Part shown: piece by piece, positions 45,904-56,106 of the stretch
How positions within the stretch are numbered: position 1 is the stretch's first letter
Layout of the letters: each line of letters starts with the position of its first letter
The notes under the pieces: model-generated
The model's input: the letters and a program-made list of their open reading frames with translations, nothing else
Told to the model about the DNA's origin: nothing
The model's database searches: none
Origin: a virus
IMG/VR virus record: IMGVR_UViG_3300043172_000590
Span: 1 to 64,000 of that record
Direction: 5' to 3' (one strand)
DNA: 64,000 nt
Made by a program: the position numbers and the translations under genes

Positions 45904-46566
45904 TTATTGCCCCCAATACAATTCACTGCTTCGTTCCATTGGTCTTATTGGCGACCTGCTCTCTATGCGCTGCGGGCCAAATCTTTCTGACATCCATTGT
46001 TCATGTGCTATATCAGCTTGGCTGAGCTCTTGTTGTCCTCCATATATAGAGACTCCTGATTTTATCGCACTGCCAATATTTGCTCCTCCTGCGGCCTCTA
46101 GTTGCGCCGACTCCCCCATGCCCTGTACATATGGATATAGCTCATTGTATTTCCATTTCTCGGTTTCTAGTTGCCCCATCCTTCCCAGTGCTTCCATATA
46201 GACTCGCTGATTTCTCTGGTAGTTTTCAGCGCTTGCGATCCCGATATCCTTTTCTACCTCTCCCTCTCTTCCGTATAGACCGGCAAGAACTCCAAGCACA
46301 TCGGACGAGGATTCCGCAACTCCTGTTGCAGCTTCTACACCTCTGCCTGTTGCACCCCTGACTCTCTCTCTTATAATATCTGCTCCGGGTATTTCGCGCT
46401 GAGAAGCGATACCTCCGGCTACCCTCACCCTCTCCCTTTCGGAAGCCGCTATTTCATAGGGGTCGAATTCTCTTTTTGCCCTTCTTCTTTTTGCACCTGC
46501 CGAAATTGACTGCCCTATCCCTATTGCTGCTTGGGTTGCTGCTAATGCTATTAATGGTAATGGCAT
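45904..46566 (-). CDS. Internal virion/ejection (pilot-like) protein
   Basis: MPLPLIALAATQAAIGIG..SAGAKRRRA; Ala/Gly-rich coiled coil. Confidence 0.65.
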   Translation of the reverse strand: MPLPLIALAATQAAIGIGQSISAGAKRRRAKREFDPYEIAASERERVRVAGGIASQREIPGADIIRERVRGATGRGVEAATGVAESSSDVLGVLAGLYGREGEVEKDIGIASAENYQRNQRVYMEALGRMGQLETEKWKYNELYPYVQGMGESAQLEAAGGANIGSAIKSGVSIYGGQQELSQADIAHEQWMSERFGPQRIESRSPIRPMERSSELYWGQ

Positions 46567-46580
46567 ATCTTATATTTTTA

Positions 46581-49500
46581 TTATTGTGAGATACTAAATT
46601 TAATCTCTACTTCATTTAACAATAATCCCAAATCATCATTATTTGACAATGTTATTCCCATTGTTTCTCCTATCATATCCTTGCCGTTATATAACAGTTG
46701 GATATCTTCTATTCCCAATCTGTTGATAATATTCTTAAGTATTGACGCAACCATCCGATTCTCTCTTTCTCTTATCAGGTTGGTTGTCAATATTGTTTTC
46801 TGTGCCGGATAATTAGTGCCAGATGCAATATTCGCTTCCATTTCCAAAATATTTTTATCTGACGAAATATTGATATTGCTATATCTTTTTGTCTCAGATG
46901 GAAGCTTATTTGAAATGAACGTTATCGAACAGTCCTGTAATTCTCCGTAAAATGTATTTCTTGGAGCACTACTGTCGTTGTGAAGATAAAGTTTTCCTTC
47001 CAAAAAAGAAAATAACTCATCCCCGTACCATCCAAAATTTTCAGGAATAGCGCTTGCTGTCTTGAATTTGGCAGAGTACAGCCACCCTTTCTGGTTTTCT
47101 TTTTCAGAAAAAACAACTGTCTCTATTTCTGTTCCGATAATGAAAGAAACCAAGACTTCATCGTGACTATTATCTATGGTTGTTATTACATCTTTTGTTC
47201 CTACGAACTCACGAAGCTCTTTTGCTTTCTGGTCAAAGTAGCTCTGCATTTTATATTCTCGCGAAATAGCTATTTGCCCATTGGCAGCAGTTCTTATGAA
47301 CTCTCCCGTAGTATCGTCAAAATAATAAATGTACCTATTATTTGAAACAATAGATCTTCTGTATTTGGTGCCCCTATCTTCGACGTATCTACGGAAGCTT
47401 CCGAATACTTTATCGGATAATACTACAAACTCATTGCCATCGCCTTCTCGCGTATTTATCTTTCCTATATAAACAGAAGTTTCCTTGTGTTCTTGCAGAA
47501 CCTTTAGCAAGTCTCCCGTTTCTTCTATGCCGGTTATTCTCCCATAGACATCAGAAACGTCAAGAAATGTTGTTTGAGGCAGAAATATATTAAGATTATT
47601 AGTCTCTGTATTCTCGATATAATTTTCCCCACGGACAACTCTTCCGAATTCATCCTGCCTTGAATCTATCTTAGCGCCTACGCGTCCAATGTCAATGCCC
47701 CTTGAAATATAACTGTCTGAAAACTCTTGATCCTCAATAATTGCTATTGGGACATCTGTATCGGCAGTCAATATCTTTCTTAGATACACATCTCCAAAGT
47801 CCATCTCAAAACTAGGTATCGTAGCTATGTCGTAAACGCGGTAAGGAATTCCGGGAATCCCACCAGCAATGTTTATTGTAGATACTATAGCTACGTTATT
47901 GACATCGACATCAGTAACCTCAATTATATTGTAAGTAACAGTACTTATGTCAATAAAACCATCGTTTATCAATAAAAAGTTGGCAACGGATATGCCGGTA
48001 ATGTCTGCCTTTGCGATATAAACAACATTGGGAGCAAATGAAATTACTGTATTTCCCGAAAAATCTACTGCCGGATAATCTGCGGACGGAGAATCTCCCC
48101 CTCCATGATCTCTGCTGGGTAGTCCCGGATTTAATACTTCGTGCTCTTCTCCTATCTCAAAATAAATATTGTCAATTATCTCTGTATTAGGTCTATATAT
48201 TTCTATCTGATCTACTTTTATCGTAGTGGGCACAGTATCCATAGTTCCGGATATGATAAATCCACTCTCTGTGACATCCTGCCCTCCATCGTCATACGTT
48301 CTGATATACGAGGAGAGTTCGAAACTTTCTGTATCTCCGACTCTACGAACCCTATCTCCGTTCTCCCAAACATAATCAGGAGTAATAATATCAGGATATG
48401 TCTCCCTTATCTCGCCTAGCCTCTGATTCACTCTAAGGAAGCTTCTGTTGGCAGGAACTCCATTGGATCCGTCTGGCTCTAATTGCTCCACAGCCGGAAT
48501 GCCTATAGTGTAGGTATATGATTTATTCGGTAAATATGTTATCCTGTATGATTTTGCCCATACTGGGGGAATATGCCGTATTCGTATTCTTGCGGTTATG
48601 GCACTGGATATGTCGTCAGGGAAGAATGAGCGAACAAGTGGAGAATACATTTCTTCGTTTGCATATACAACATTATATCTCCCAAATCCATCATTATATA
48701 TAAATCCGAACGGATGGTACTGACCTCTTTTCAACGTTTTTACGGGAGTATTGAATGCATTTAAAACAACCTTGCCTCCTGTGTTATTTTGAGAATCTGT
48801 TGTGTTATAAAATTTCACATCTATCGCAGTACCTAAATCGTCAAAAACAAGAGGAAACCCGGACGGACACGTTCCGTACTCTGCAACTATCTGATTGTAT
48901 ATATTTGTCACAATATCTTCAGGGTAATTAGCTGGTGGATCATCTCCTGTAAAGAATGAGTATTCGTTCTTAAACGATCCTGATAAGAAGTCTATAGTTA
49001 CCAGATATTCTGAATTTGGATAGAACGTTCCCGGAAAATTAATTATGTAATTCTGATGATTGATTGTGGGATTGCCGCAAAGAACAGGTCCGGCCGCAAC
49101 AATAAATGAATATACTGTTACCATTGTTACTACATCATTAATGCCTGTATCTGTCGCTACTATATCCAATTCATAATCCAGTTCATTCTCCTTGAAATCA
49201 TACCCTTTAACTGGCATTGACATCGCCAAGTATTTTCCATCTAGTAATAATAGGTCGTTTGCAGAAATAGGGATGTCATCAAAATACCTATTCCCAATAT
49301 CAGTATTTATGTTTCTTAATGATTCAGTATTTAAAAATGAAAGCACCAGATCTTCGTCATCATTTATTATCTGAACCTCATCCTTGTATTTATCAAGTGT
49401 TCTAAAAACAGAGAAATCCCCTGAATTATTATTAGAGGCGATTCGCACAGCAACATTAATGCTCTTTACTGCCTTACTCCCGGTGTTTATCGTTATATTA

Positions 49501-50252
49501 ATTGTATTGTTGATTGTAATGTCCTCAACAAAAGACCCGTCCAAAAATTCTTCAATCGATGGCAATGGGACTTTGCTTATTGGAGAATATGCAGATCCCT
49601 GAAACTCATCATACTGATAATTGTATTTGAATTGCCAGAGCTTTTTTCTCAGGTTGTTGAAATTAATCACAACATCTTCTATCTGTTCCGTATCGGCATA
49701 GAGACACGTTGGAGCGAACCGGGGTGGTCTTTTGATGAGCGGGAATATATTATCTTCAAAAGGCAAATAATCATTATTATAAGCATCTCCGGGTAGTGCA
49801 TTTGTGAAGTTGACGGCTTTTTCTATGACGAATGACTTTGGGGCTAATGGTGTCTGTATCCAGTACAACATTCCCTGTATTACTTCCCCTCTAAGATTGG
49901 CATCAATAATGCCGAGAGAAGACTCGCTATGCCATATTTTCTGAACAATCTTTGTTTCGATAAAGTATCTCAGTATGGAATGGTCGTCGTTACTGTTATA
50001 TATGCAGTATATGATAGCCTCATCCTGTAAATTCTGGATAATCCCAACGACTTTGTTTGTGCCTGCAGGAAGCGCGAGATCAAAAAGCTTATTTCCCCTA
50101 AGTTTGACATTCGCCATCCCTTCTCCTGATATGGAATTCGTCCGCATATTAACCCTATCTCTTACGACGCCATTGTCGCTGTCAACATACTTTTCCGTTG
50201 AATCTTTATCCATCGGTCCATTAATGGGCAATATCTGAGCTTGGTCTGCCAT
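46581..50252 (-). CDS. Tail nozzle/muzzle (stabilization) protein
   Basis: GPMDKD...N.R; FKY.Y.Y.....SAYSPIS; TLK.GQ.H.FG.IY.D.FGR; beta-propeller-like C-terminus. Confidence 0.75.
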   Translation of the reverse strand: MADQAQILPINGPMDKDSTEKYVDSDNGVVRDRVNMRTNSISGEGMANVKLRGNKLFDLALPAGTNKVVGIIQNLQDEAIIYCIYNSNDDHSILRYFIETKIVQKIWHSESSLGIIDANLRGEVIQGMLYWIQTPLAPKSFVIEKAVNFTNALPGDAYNNDYLPFEDNIFPLIKRPPRFAPTCLYADTEQIEDVVINFNNLRKKLWQFKYNYQYDEFQGSAYSPISKVPLPSIEEFLDGSFVEDITINNTINITINTGSKAVKSINVAVRIASNNNSGDFSVFRTLDKYKDEVQIINDDEDLVLSFLNTESLRNINTDIGNRYFDDIPISANDLLLLDGKYLAMSMPVKGYDFKENELDYELDIVATDTGINDVVTMVTVYSFIVAAGPVLCGNPTINHQNYIINFPGTFYPNSEYLVTIDFLSGSFKNEYSFFTGDDPPANYPEDIVTNIYNQIVAEYGTCPSGFPLVFDDLGTAIDVKFYNTTDSQNNTGGKVVLNAFNTPVKTLKRGQYHPFGFIYNDGFGRYNVVYANEEMYSPLVRSFFPDDISSAITARIRIRHIPPVWAKSYRITYLPNKSYTYTIGIPAVEQLEPDGSNGVPANRSFLRVNQRLGEIRETYPDIITPDYVWENGDRVRRVGDTESFELSSYIRTYDDGGQDVTESGFIISGTMDTVPTTIKVDQIEIYRPNTEIIDNIYFEIGEEHEVLNPGLPSRDHGGGDSPSADYPAVDFSGNTVISFAPNVVYIAKADITGISVANFLLINDGFIDISTVTYNIIEVTDVDVNNVAIVSTINIAGGIPGIPYRVYDIATIPSFEMDFGDVYLRKILTADTDVPIAIIEDQEFSDSYISRGIDIGRVGAKIDSRQDEFGRVVRGENYIENTETNNLNIFLPQTTFLDVSDVYGRITGIEETGDLLKVLQEHKETSVYIGKINTREGDGNEFVVLSDKVFGSFRRYVEDRGTKYRRSIVSNNRYIYYFDDTTGEFIRTAANGQIAISREYKMQSYFDQKAKELREFVGTKDVITTIDNSHDEVLVSFIIGTEIETVVFSEKENQKGWLYSAKFKTASAIPENFGWYGDELFSFLEGKLYLHNDSSAPRNTFYGELQDCSITFISNKLPSETKRYSNINISSDKNILEMEANIASGTNYPAQKTILTTNLIRERENRMVASILKNIINRLGIEDIQLLYNGKDMIGETMGITLSNNDDLGLLLNEVEIKFSISQ

Positions 50253-50255
50253 TGG

Positions 50256-51026
50256 CTATCTTCTTGGTACTGTATTAAGCGAATTGTATATCGCGTCCTT
50301 AGCCTCCCAGAAATTATGAGGATCGTAAATCAAATCTATATAGTTTTGATATAATCTATCTACCTCATCTCTCTGTAATTGTAATTGCGCCGCAGTAAAC
50401 CGACTAGGGATTCCCATTACCATAAAGTCCAGAACAACCTTAGCTACAATCATGTCCCTCGCCTCAGAAGGTATCTGTATTCCCCTCTCGCAATCAAGTC
50501 CGTTTGTTTTATATCTTATAACGGCTCTATCTTGGATGTCGCAAGTTACATCTTGTACGTTAGATGCGACACCATCGAAGAAATCAAATCTATGGCATCT
50601 CACTGTGAATGTGCAATCTCCAGGACTCTCCTGCCAATAGCCTATAGAATTGGCTTTTGCTGCATATCTATAGCCTTTGGTCGGTATAGGGATTCCTTCT
50701 CCTTTGGTAGTGTCGTATGCCCCGTTCTCCCCTGTTGCTTGCATTGCCAAATCCGGCTCTTTTATAAAGGGCTGGAAGATCCCATGAACATATAATCCGA
50801 CAGACAATAATTTTACTAACCCCTCTGGATATTGACCTACACCCATGCTGTTGATGTCTGCATATTCTGTTAAGTAAAATGACGAATAACTGACATTCAC
50901 CTGCCTATATGTATCTAAAGCCCACTGGGTAGCTTTTGTGCGATATCTGTTTCTTTGTTCATCACCTATCTTCAATAAGATAGCTTCAACAATCGTATCT
51001 AGTCCAATGAATGCTTTTTTACCCAT
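50256..51026 (-). CDS. Tail ring/adaptor protein
   Basis: Position and size match crAss-like ring proteins. Confidence 0.6.
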   Translation of the reverse strand: MGKKAFIGLDTIVEAILLKIGDEQRNRYRTKATQWALDTYRQVNVSYSSFYLTEYADINSMGVGQYPEGLVKLLSVGLYVHGIFQPFIKEPDLAMQATGENGAYDTTKGEGIPIPTKGYRYAAKANSIGYWQESPGDCTFTVRCHRFDFFDGVASNVQDVTCDIQDRAVIRYKTNGLDCERGIQIPSEARDMIVAKVVLDFMVMGIPSRFTAAQLQLQRDEVDRLYQNYIDLIYDPHNFWEAKDAIYNSLNTVPRR

Positions 51027-51028
51027 CT

Positions 51029-51637
51029 CTAAGCAATATTATCATTAGTATTATCAGTTGGCTTATATCCCATAAGCTCAAGTATCATACTCGACACTAC
51101 CATATCTCCTGTTGGAAGATGGATGTCATCAGTATCTAAGAATTCTGAAAACGGAACAACAAGCTTCAAGTCAACAGATTCAATCAGTCCAAATTCATTT
51201 ATAGGGCTATCCAGTACGATTCTGTCTCCATCTTTATAGTAGAACACTTTTCCAGAGCAGCAGTATATTTCAAGATTCCGGATACTATCAAGTTCTGCCT
51301 CTGTCACCCTATGGAAATTAATCTTACCGCCCCTGGCCCTTGCGTGTACGAGTCCGGTTCCCATGGGTAAATCAATCACTTTCGCTGGTAATTGAATATA
51401 CCTAATATCATCACTAACAGACTGTACCGCGTTGCTATTGTATTTTTTTGCATAATAGTCAAAATCGGCTTCGAGCATGTTTTTATTGTTGGCATAATAT
51501 TGTTTGACCAATGCGTCATAGGCCCTTTCTACTTCATCCTCAATAGCCTGCGGATGTGTGTGCTCTACAGAATCAAGTGTAGGCTGTTGTCTTACAACCT
51601 CTTGTCTTACCAGTTCGACTAATTTTGCCTTTTCCAT
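51029..51637 (-). CDS. Tail ring/adaptor protein
   Basis: YIQLP..VIDLP...G...; position in the module. Confidence 0.6.
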   Translation of the reverse strand: MEKAKLVELVRQEVVRQQPTLDSVEHTHPQAIEDEVERAYDALVKQYYANNKNMLEADFDYYAKKYNSNAVQSVSDDIRYIQLPAKVIDLPMGTGLVHARARGGKINFHRVTEAELDSIRNLEIYCCSGKVFYYKDGDRIVLDSPINEFGLIESVDLKLVVPFSEFLDTDDIHLPTGDMVVSSMILELMGYKPTDNTNDNIA

Positions 51638-51647
51638 CGGTTTGTAA

Positions 51648-52331
51648 TTACTTTCCTGTTTCTGTCAATTTAACAGCATATTGCTCTACCATGCTTTTTT
51701 CTACATTAACTCCAATATCCTGCAATATCATGTGGAGTATAGCCAACCTGTTGCCATCATCCCATTCTAGTTCTGTTGAGCCAGCTTCGTTATAAACCTC
51801 TTCATAAAATGCATCCACTGTTGTTTTGAACACTGGCGCTATAGGCAACCTCCAATACCAAACGTTTACAGAAGTTAATGTTATTGGGTAAACCTGTAAT
51901 CCACCCTTTGCCAGGGAACCGGCGATATCTTTAACTGTAGGTTTAGTCACCGCATTATTCAGTCTATTGCTTTTCTTCTGCCCGCTTATAAGACTTGACG
52001 ATCTCGATGTATCAGTATTAAAGTCGTCGATGTAATAAGCGTCAGCGATAATAATCTTACCATCCCCATTAGGAACAAGTGCCTTCCCCTCCGCCGCTAC
52101 ATCGCCAGATTTATAAAATGGGAGCAGATCCGCATCTATCATGCGAGTTGCACCCGCTCCCATTATGGCTGTTCCGGGCTGATATCCTTCCGGAATACCA
52201 AGCCTTCTTCTGAAATGAATAATATTTTTGGCAATCAGAGATATTTCAAACTCAGATGGCCTTATCCTGTTTGCGTTTTCATCCTTGTCTATAATGAAAA
52301 GCGCCAGTTGATATAATTCAAAATTATTCAT
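51648..52331 (-). CDS. Tail ring (tubular) protein
   Basis: LY.....I.DK......I.PSEF...VYP......V.Y.R.P..P...ELEW...ILQ.IGV. Confidence 0.7.
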   Translation of the reverse strand: MNNFELYQLALFIIDKDENANRIRPSEFEISLIAKNIIHFRRRLGIPEGYQPGTAIMGAGATRMIDADLLPFYKSGDVAAEGKALVPNGDGKIIIADAYYIDDFNTDTSRSSSLISGQKKSNRLNNAVTKPTVKDIAGSLAKGGLQVYPITLTSVNVWYWRLPIAPVFKTTVDAFYEEVYNEAGSTELEWDDGNRLAILHMILQDIGVNVEKSMVEQYAVKLTETGK

Positions 52332-52379
52332 TCAGAACAGTATTAATTATTTAGGGGACTATTGCTGTTCGCCTGCTTT

Positions 52380-53342
52380 CTACTTCTCCTTTCCCTGCAT
52401 AAATTTAAGGTAAGAATGAACCTCATCTTTGTGCTTTTCGGGAACGCGATACTCAGTTGGTAATCCTGCTTCTTCCGCAGCCTTATTCAGGTTCTCTGTA
52501 TTCATGAGTTTTCCTACAGCTGGCTTAAAAGGTATTTTCTTTCCGTCAGAAAGAGTGACTTCCGTGGGATTATTAGGCGCCTTAATCTTCTCTTTATCAA
52601 GTCCGAGACTTCGACATGCTTTGTGCAGTACATCAAATCCATAGCTGCGCTTAAAGATAGATTTTTTCTCTGCTTCGCCTGCCATTTGGATTGCTGAAAC
52701 ACCAATATCTTTAACGCTCTCCATATCACAGTTGAGAACTCCACCAGGGAATACTTTAGTGACAAATGCGACCATTTCTTCAAGTGTTCTGTTTTCATCC
52801 AAAAGCATACGGGTTACTTCGGCCTGCTTCAAATGTTCTCCCACACTACCCAGTAATTGCTTCTCTTTATCGTGAATAACCAGTGTTCCATTCGTTACGA
52901 ACGGAGAACAATAAATTACATACCAAGCCAAATCTTTTTGAGTCTCATCAATGATAAGCTGCTCTTTAATTTGGGACAGTGCCCTAAATGGAGGGAAAGA
53001 TAACCCTTTCCCATTTACAGATACAGGACTGTTTTTACTGTATCTTAAATCATAGGACATGCCTTTTTGTGAGTCGTAGTAGCTCGATACGGGAGGGATT
53101 GCCATTGGGGCAACCTCTTTGTATGATGTTTTTTTGACGTTCCAAGTCTTTGCGAAGCCTTGGCGGTTAAATATAAGAAGAGCTCGACCAGCCCCCTTTT
53201 GTACTTTTTTTGCCTTAGCAAATAATTTATCAATCTCTCTTAGTTGACCGTGCAATACTTCCGGAAAGGTATAATCTTCCTTTTGTTTCTTTGGATCAAG
53301 CTTTATTGGCGTGACCATTTTATTGTCTAAATAGATTCCCAT
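52380..53342 (-). CDS. Hypothetical protein downstream of the major capsid gene
   Basis: 320-aa ORF in the conserved post-MCP position. Confidence 0.65.
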   Translation of the reverse strand: MGIYLDNKMVTPIKLDPKKQKEDYTFPEVLHGQLREIDKLFAKAKKVQKGAGRALLIFNRQGFAKTWNVKKTSYKEVAPMAIPPVSSYYDSQKGMSYDLRYSKNSPVSVNGKGLSFPPFRALSQIKEQLIIDETQKDLAWYVIYCSPFVTNGTLVIHDKEKQLLGSVGEHLKQAEVTRMLLDENRTLEEMVAFVTKVFPGGVLNCDMESVKDIGVSAIQMAGEAEKKSIFKRSYGFDVLHKACRSLGLDKEKIKAPNNPTEVTLSDGKKIPFKPAVGKLMNTENLNKAAEEAGLPTEYRVPEKHKDEVHSYLKFMQGKEK

Positions 53343-53376
53343 TTTTATTTATTTTTAAATTAAGCCTTTAAGATAG

Positions 53377-53422
53377 GTTGATTACGGGAGGTAAACGAAT
53401 GTTTTTCCTCCCCATAATCAAC
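53377..53422 (-). terminator. Hairpin after the major capsid gene
   Basis: gttgatta..gggagg / cctccc..taatcaac stem. Confidence 0.5.
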
Positions 53423-53444
53423 TATATATTATTTTGCTCTCCGC

Positions 53445-54881
53445 CTATTGGTCTGTTCTTAGTACCAGTATTGTTTGGTTTAAAGCCAAGAAGATGCTCA
53501 TCATTTCTGACAGCATGTAAACACTATTGTCATCCCAATCGTCGCTAACAGGTATTCCTTTACCGTTAACACCGGCCTTATTTGCAACAATAAGCCTACG
53601 GTCTTCGCCGTTGTAGTTCAGGTAGCCTAAACTTACGTGCGATACCGACTTTTTGTATCCATCCACGGACATGCCTCCCTGATTATAACTGTTCATAGTC
53701 GCAGTTACTTTAGAGTCAGGGAACATCATACCTAATGTTTCGAAATTGAAACCATCGGCTGCATAAGTAGTCGGATTACTAAACTCAGGAATTGGGATTA
53801 AATATGATTTAAACCCGTTCTTAAATATCTCACGAACATTGAAACCAACGGTTTTCATATTGGTGTACAAGTCTGTTCCCCCGCTATATTCCTTTATGAA
53901 TGGCAATTGCGCATTCTCAATAGAGAGGTTGAGCTCCTGTCCCATGCAATACATTCCAGAACCAGACATTACACCCTGCGATGCATATAAGAATTTAATC
54001 TGGTCGAACTGATCCATATTGTATGTTCCGGTATAGAATTGCTTCATGCCATCAACATACATAGATGGAAGAAGTCCGTTGTCACTGGGAATCAAATTGG
54101 ATTCTCCAAACCTATTGGCCTGAGTCAGGGCAGCATCGTTGGCACGAGAGTTAAGTATCTTGTCGTCAAACTGATACTGCATCTTTAGCCTTAACCTTGC
54201 CATTTCTCTCAATCCAAGACTGCTTCCATCTGGATCTTGTAGCATAGCTTCCCACTCTTCAAGTGCCTGCTGTCCACCTTCGATATTGATGGTATCTTTC
54301 AGTATTTGAACTTCATGGAAGTGGCTGAAATAATCCTGAACCGAACCTGCTGGCTGTCCAGAGCCGGGAGCAAACATTGATGCACCATTTATCAAATCAG
54401 CTCCTACGGGTACCGCAGTTGTAATTTGAGCTGCACCGGTAACACTCTCCGCTACGTAGTCAAAATTTGAGCCATTGGCAACTTTGGATACGATACGATA
54501 GGTCAATACAAGATTTCCTGCCGTATTAAGCTCGGTCCCATATTTTCCCGGAACGTGTATTAAGAATCCAATACGCCCACTTCCGTTTGAGTTAACAATA
54601 GCAATGTCCGCACCTGCGCCACCGGTAGAAATCTCCGTAGCAACTTTAAGTGTCTGATGATAATGACCTTGCTCGATCACTTCAAGGGATCTTCCCTTGA
54701 TGGATATTTCTTCGCTGGCCATCTGTACAATATCTGCATATCTCAGTCCGGGTCCATATAATTGAACCAATTCCCTATATACTTGAGGCTTTAAAGTTAG
54801 GTTATTAACCGCTCTCCAAGCTGTTGAGAATATACCTTCTCTTCCGTTTCCCCTTACTGCGGGGCCTTTAATAGTACTCAT
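53445..54881 (-). CDS. Major capsid protein
   Basis: 478 aa, after portal and scaffold; GS.QP, QILKD...I.G, GL.P.....G, HK97-like layout. Confidence 0.8.
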   Translation of the reverse strand: MSTIKGPAVRGNGREGIFSTAWRAVNNLTLKPQVYRELVQLYGPGLRYADIVQMASEEISIKGRSLEVIEQGHYHQTLKVATEISTGGAGADIAIVNSNGSGRIGFLIHVPGKYGTELNTAGNLVLTYRIVSKVANGSNFDYVAESVTGAAQITTAVPVGADLINGASMFAPGSGQPAGSVQDYFSHFHEVQILKDTINIEGGQQALEEWEAMLQDPDGSSLGLREMARLRLKMQYQFDDKILNSRANDAALTQANRFGESNLIPSDNGLLPSMYVDGMKQFYTGTYNMDQFDQIKFLYASQGVMSGSGMYCMGQELNLSIENAQLPFIKEYSGGTDLYTNMKTVGFNVREIFKNGFKSYLIPIPEFSNPTTYAADGFNFETLGMMFPDSKVTATMNSYNQGGMSVDGYKKSVSHVSLGYLNYNGEDRRLIVANKAGVNGKGIPVSDDWDDNSVYMLSEMMSIFLALNQTILVLRTDQ

Positions 54882-54912
54882 AATTTAAGTCTTTTGCTTG
54901 TTTAACAAAATT

Positions 54913-56091
54913 TTATTGAGCTGGCTTTCCGAACATTTCGTTGATTCTATCCTCAACGGTTTTCTTCTCTTTACCTCCTACGATTGGCTCCTTTTTGTTT
55001 AAACCTACGCCAGCGTTATCATATTCTTTACGCACCTCATTTTCGGTCTGCGTCTTAATATGAGAACTAAGTGCTGCGAAAATCTTTTCGTAATTATCAC
55101 CAATCATAGTTTTCAATAAATCTTCCTGGATATCCTTCTGTCCCTGTTCTGTTTGCAAGTCGTAGTATCCATCCATCACATCCTCGATAATACCTTCCTT
55201 GTAGTTGCCCTTTGATGCATCCTCTGCATTAAATTCAAATACAAATCCGTCATACTCCACTTTATTTACACTTGATACAAACTTTTCCGCAGGGGCCGTG
55301 AGAGTGTCCCTCTTAGCTTTAATGTCCTCCATTGAAGCTGTTTTATCTTGGGTTAATTTTTCCAAGATATCATCACCCTCGGCCTTCGGCAGTTCGACAT
55401 CACCTCCGATTTGAGAAAGCTTTTGTCGCTCGGAATGAGCCGCATTCTTTATAATATCATTTTCAAGAGGAGTCCTTTCGTACCCCTCGGTCAATATGTC
55501 TTCAACATTCAATCCAAGCTGCGACAGTTTAACTCCCAGTGGGTTAGAGGTGCCGTTTGCAGAACTAAGTTTTGCACTTAATGTCAGCACGTCCATATCG
55601 TCCATTTTCGCAACATCAGATCTCATTACCTCATTCAATACACCTTCTTTTCCGGAATATGCCACATCTTTCGATAATTGTGCAGCTTTGTATGCTGTCT
55701 CGTCAGGGAAATATGACAATACATCAGATTGTCCTTTGAGTTTTTCGATTAATGCATCGACATGTCCGGCTTTTTCTTGTAATCCCGGCATTCCCTTGTA
55801 TGCTTCTGCGACAGCAGCGAAATCATCAACACTTGCTATCTCTAATCCTGTTGCTTTATTGAAGAATTCTAGGCGTTGTTCTGTAGTGAAGGATTCGTAA
55901 TCCGCCGGATTAGCTGGATCGGCTGGATCGGCTGGATCGGCTGGATTAGCTGGATCGGCTGGATCGGCTGGATCGGCTGGATTAGCTGGATTAGCTGGAT
56001 CGGCTGGATCGGCTGGATTAGCTGGATCGGCTGGTTTTTGTTCTCCTAAAACTGCATCTCTAATTTGCTTGTCGATCTCTTCTGTTGTCAT
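54913..56091 (-). CDS. Scaffolding protein with (PAD/PAN)15 repeat
   Basis: Acidic and helical, between portal and MCP. Confidence 0.7.
   Translation of the reverse strand: MTTEEIDKQIRDAVLGEQKPADPANPADPADPANPANPADPADPADPANPADPADPADPANPADYESFTTEQRLEFFNKATGLEIASVDDFAAVAEAYKGMPGLQEKAGHVDALIEKLKGQSDVLSYFPDETAYKAAQLSKDVAYSGKEGVLNEVMRSDVAKMDDMDVLTLSAKLSSANGTSNPLGVKLSQLGLNVEDILTEGYERTPLENDIIKNAAHSERQKLSQIGGDVELPKAEGDDILEKLTQDKTASMEDIKAKRDTLTAPAEKFVSSVNKVEYDGFVFEFNAEDASKGNYKEGIIEDVMDGYYDLQTEQGQKDIQEDLLKTMIGDNYEKIFAALSSHIKTQTENEVRKEYDNAGVGLNKKEPIVGGKEKKTVEDRINEMFGKPAQ
55900..56034. repeat. 9-bp tandem repeat x15
   Basis: atcggctgg/attagctgg units encoding PAD/PAN. Confidence 0.95.
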
Positions 56092-56106
56092 TGTGTCTGT
56101 TTTAAT

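Noticed and set aside
55900-56034. CRISPR array
   Set aside because: Contiguous 9-bp coding tandem repeat with no spacers; no cas genes.
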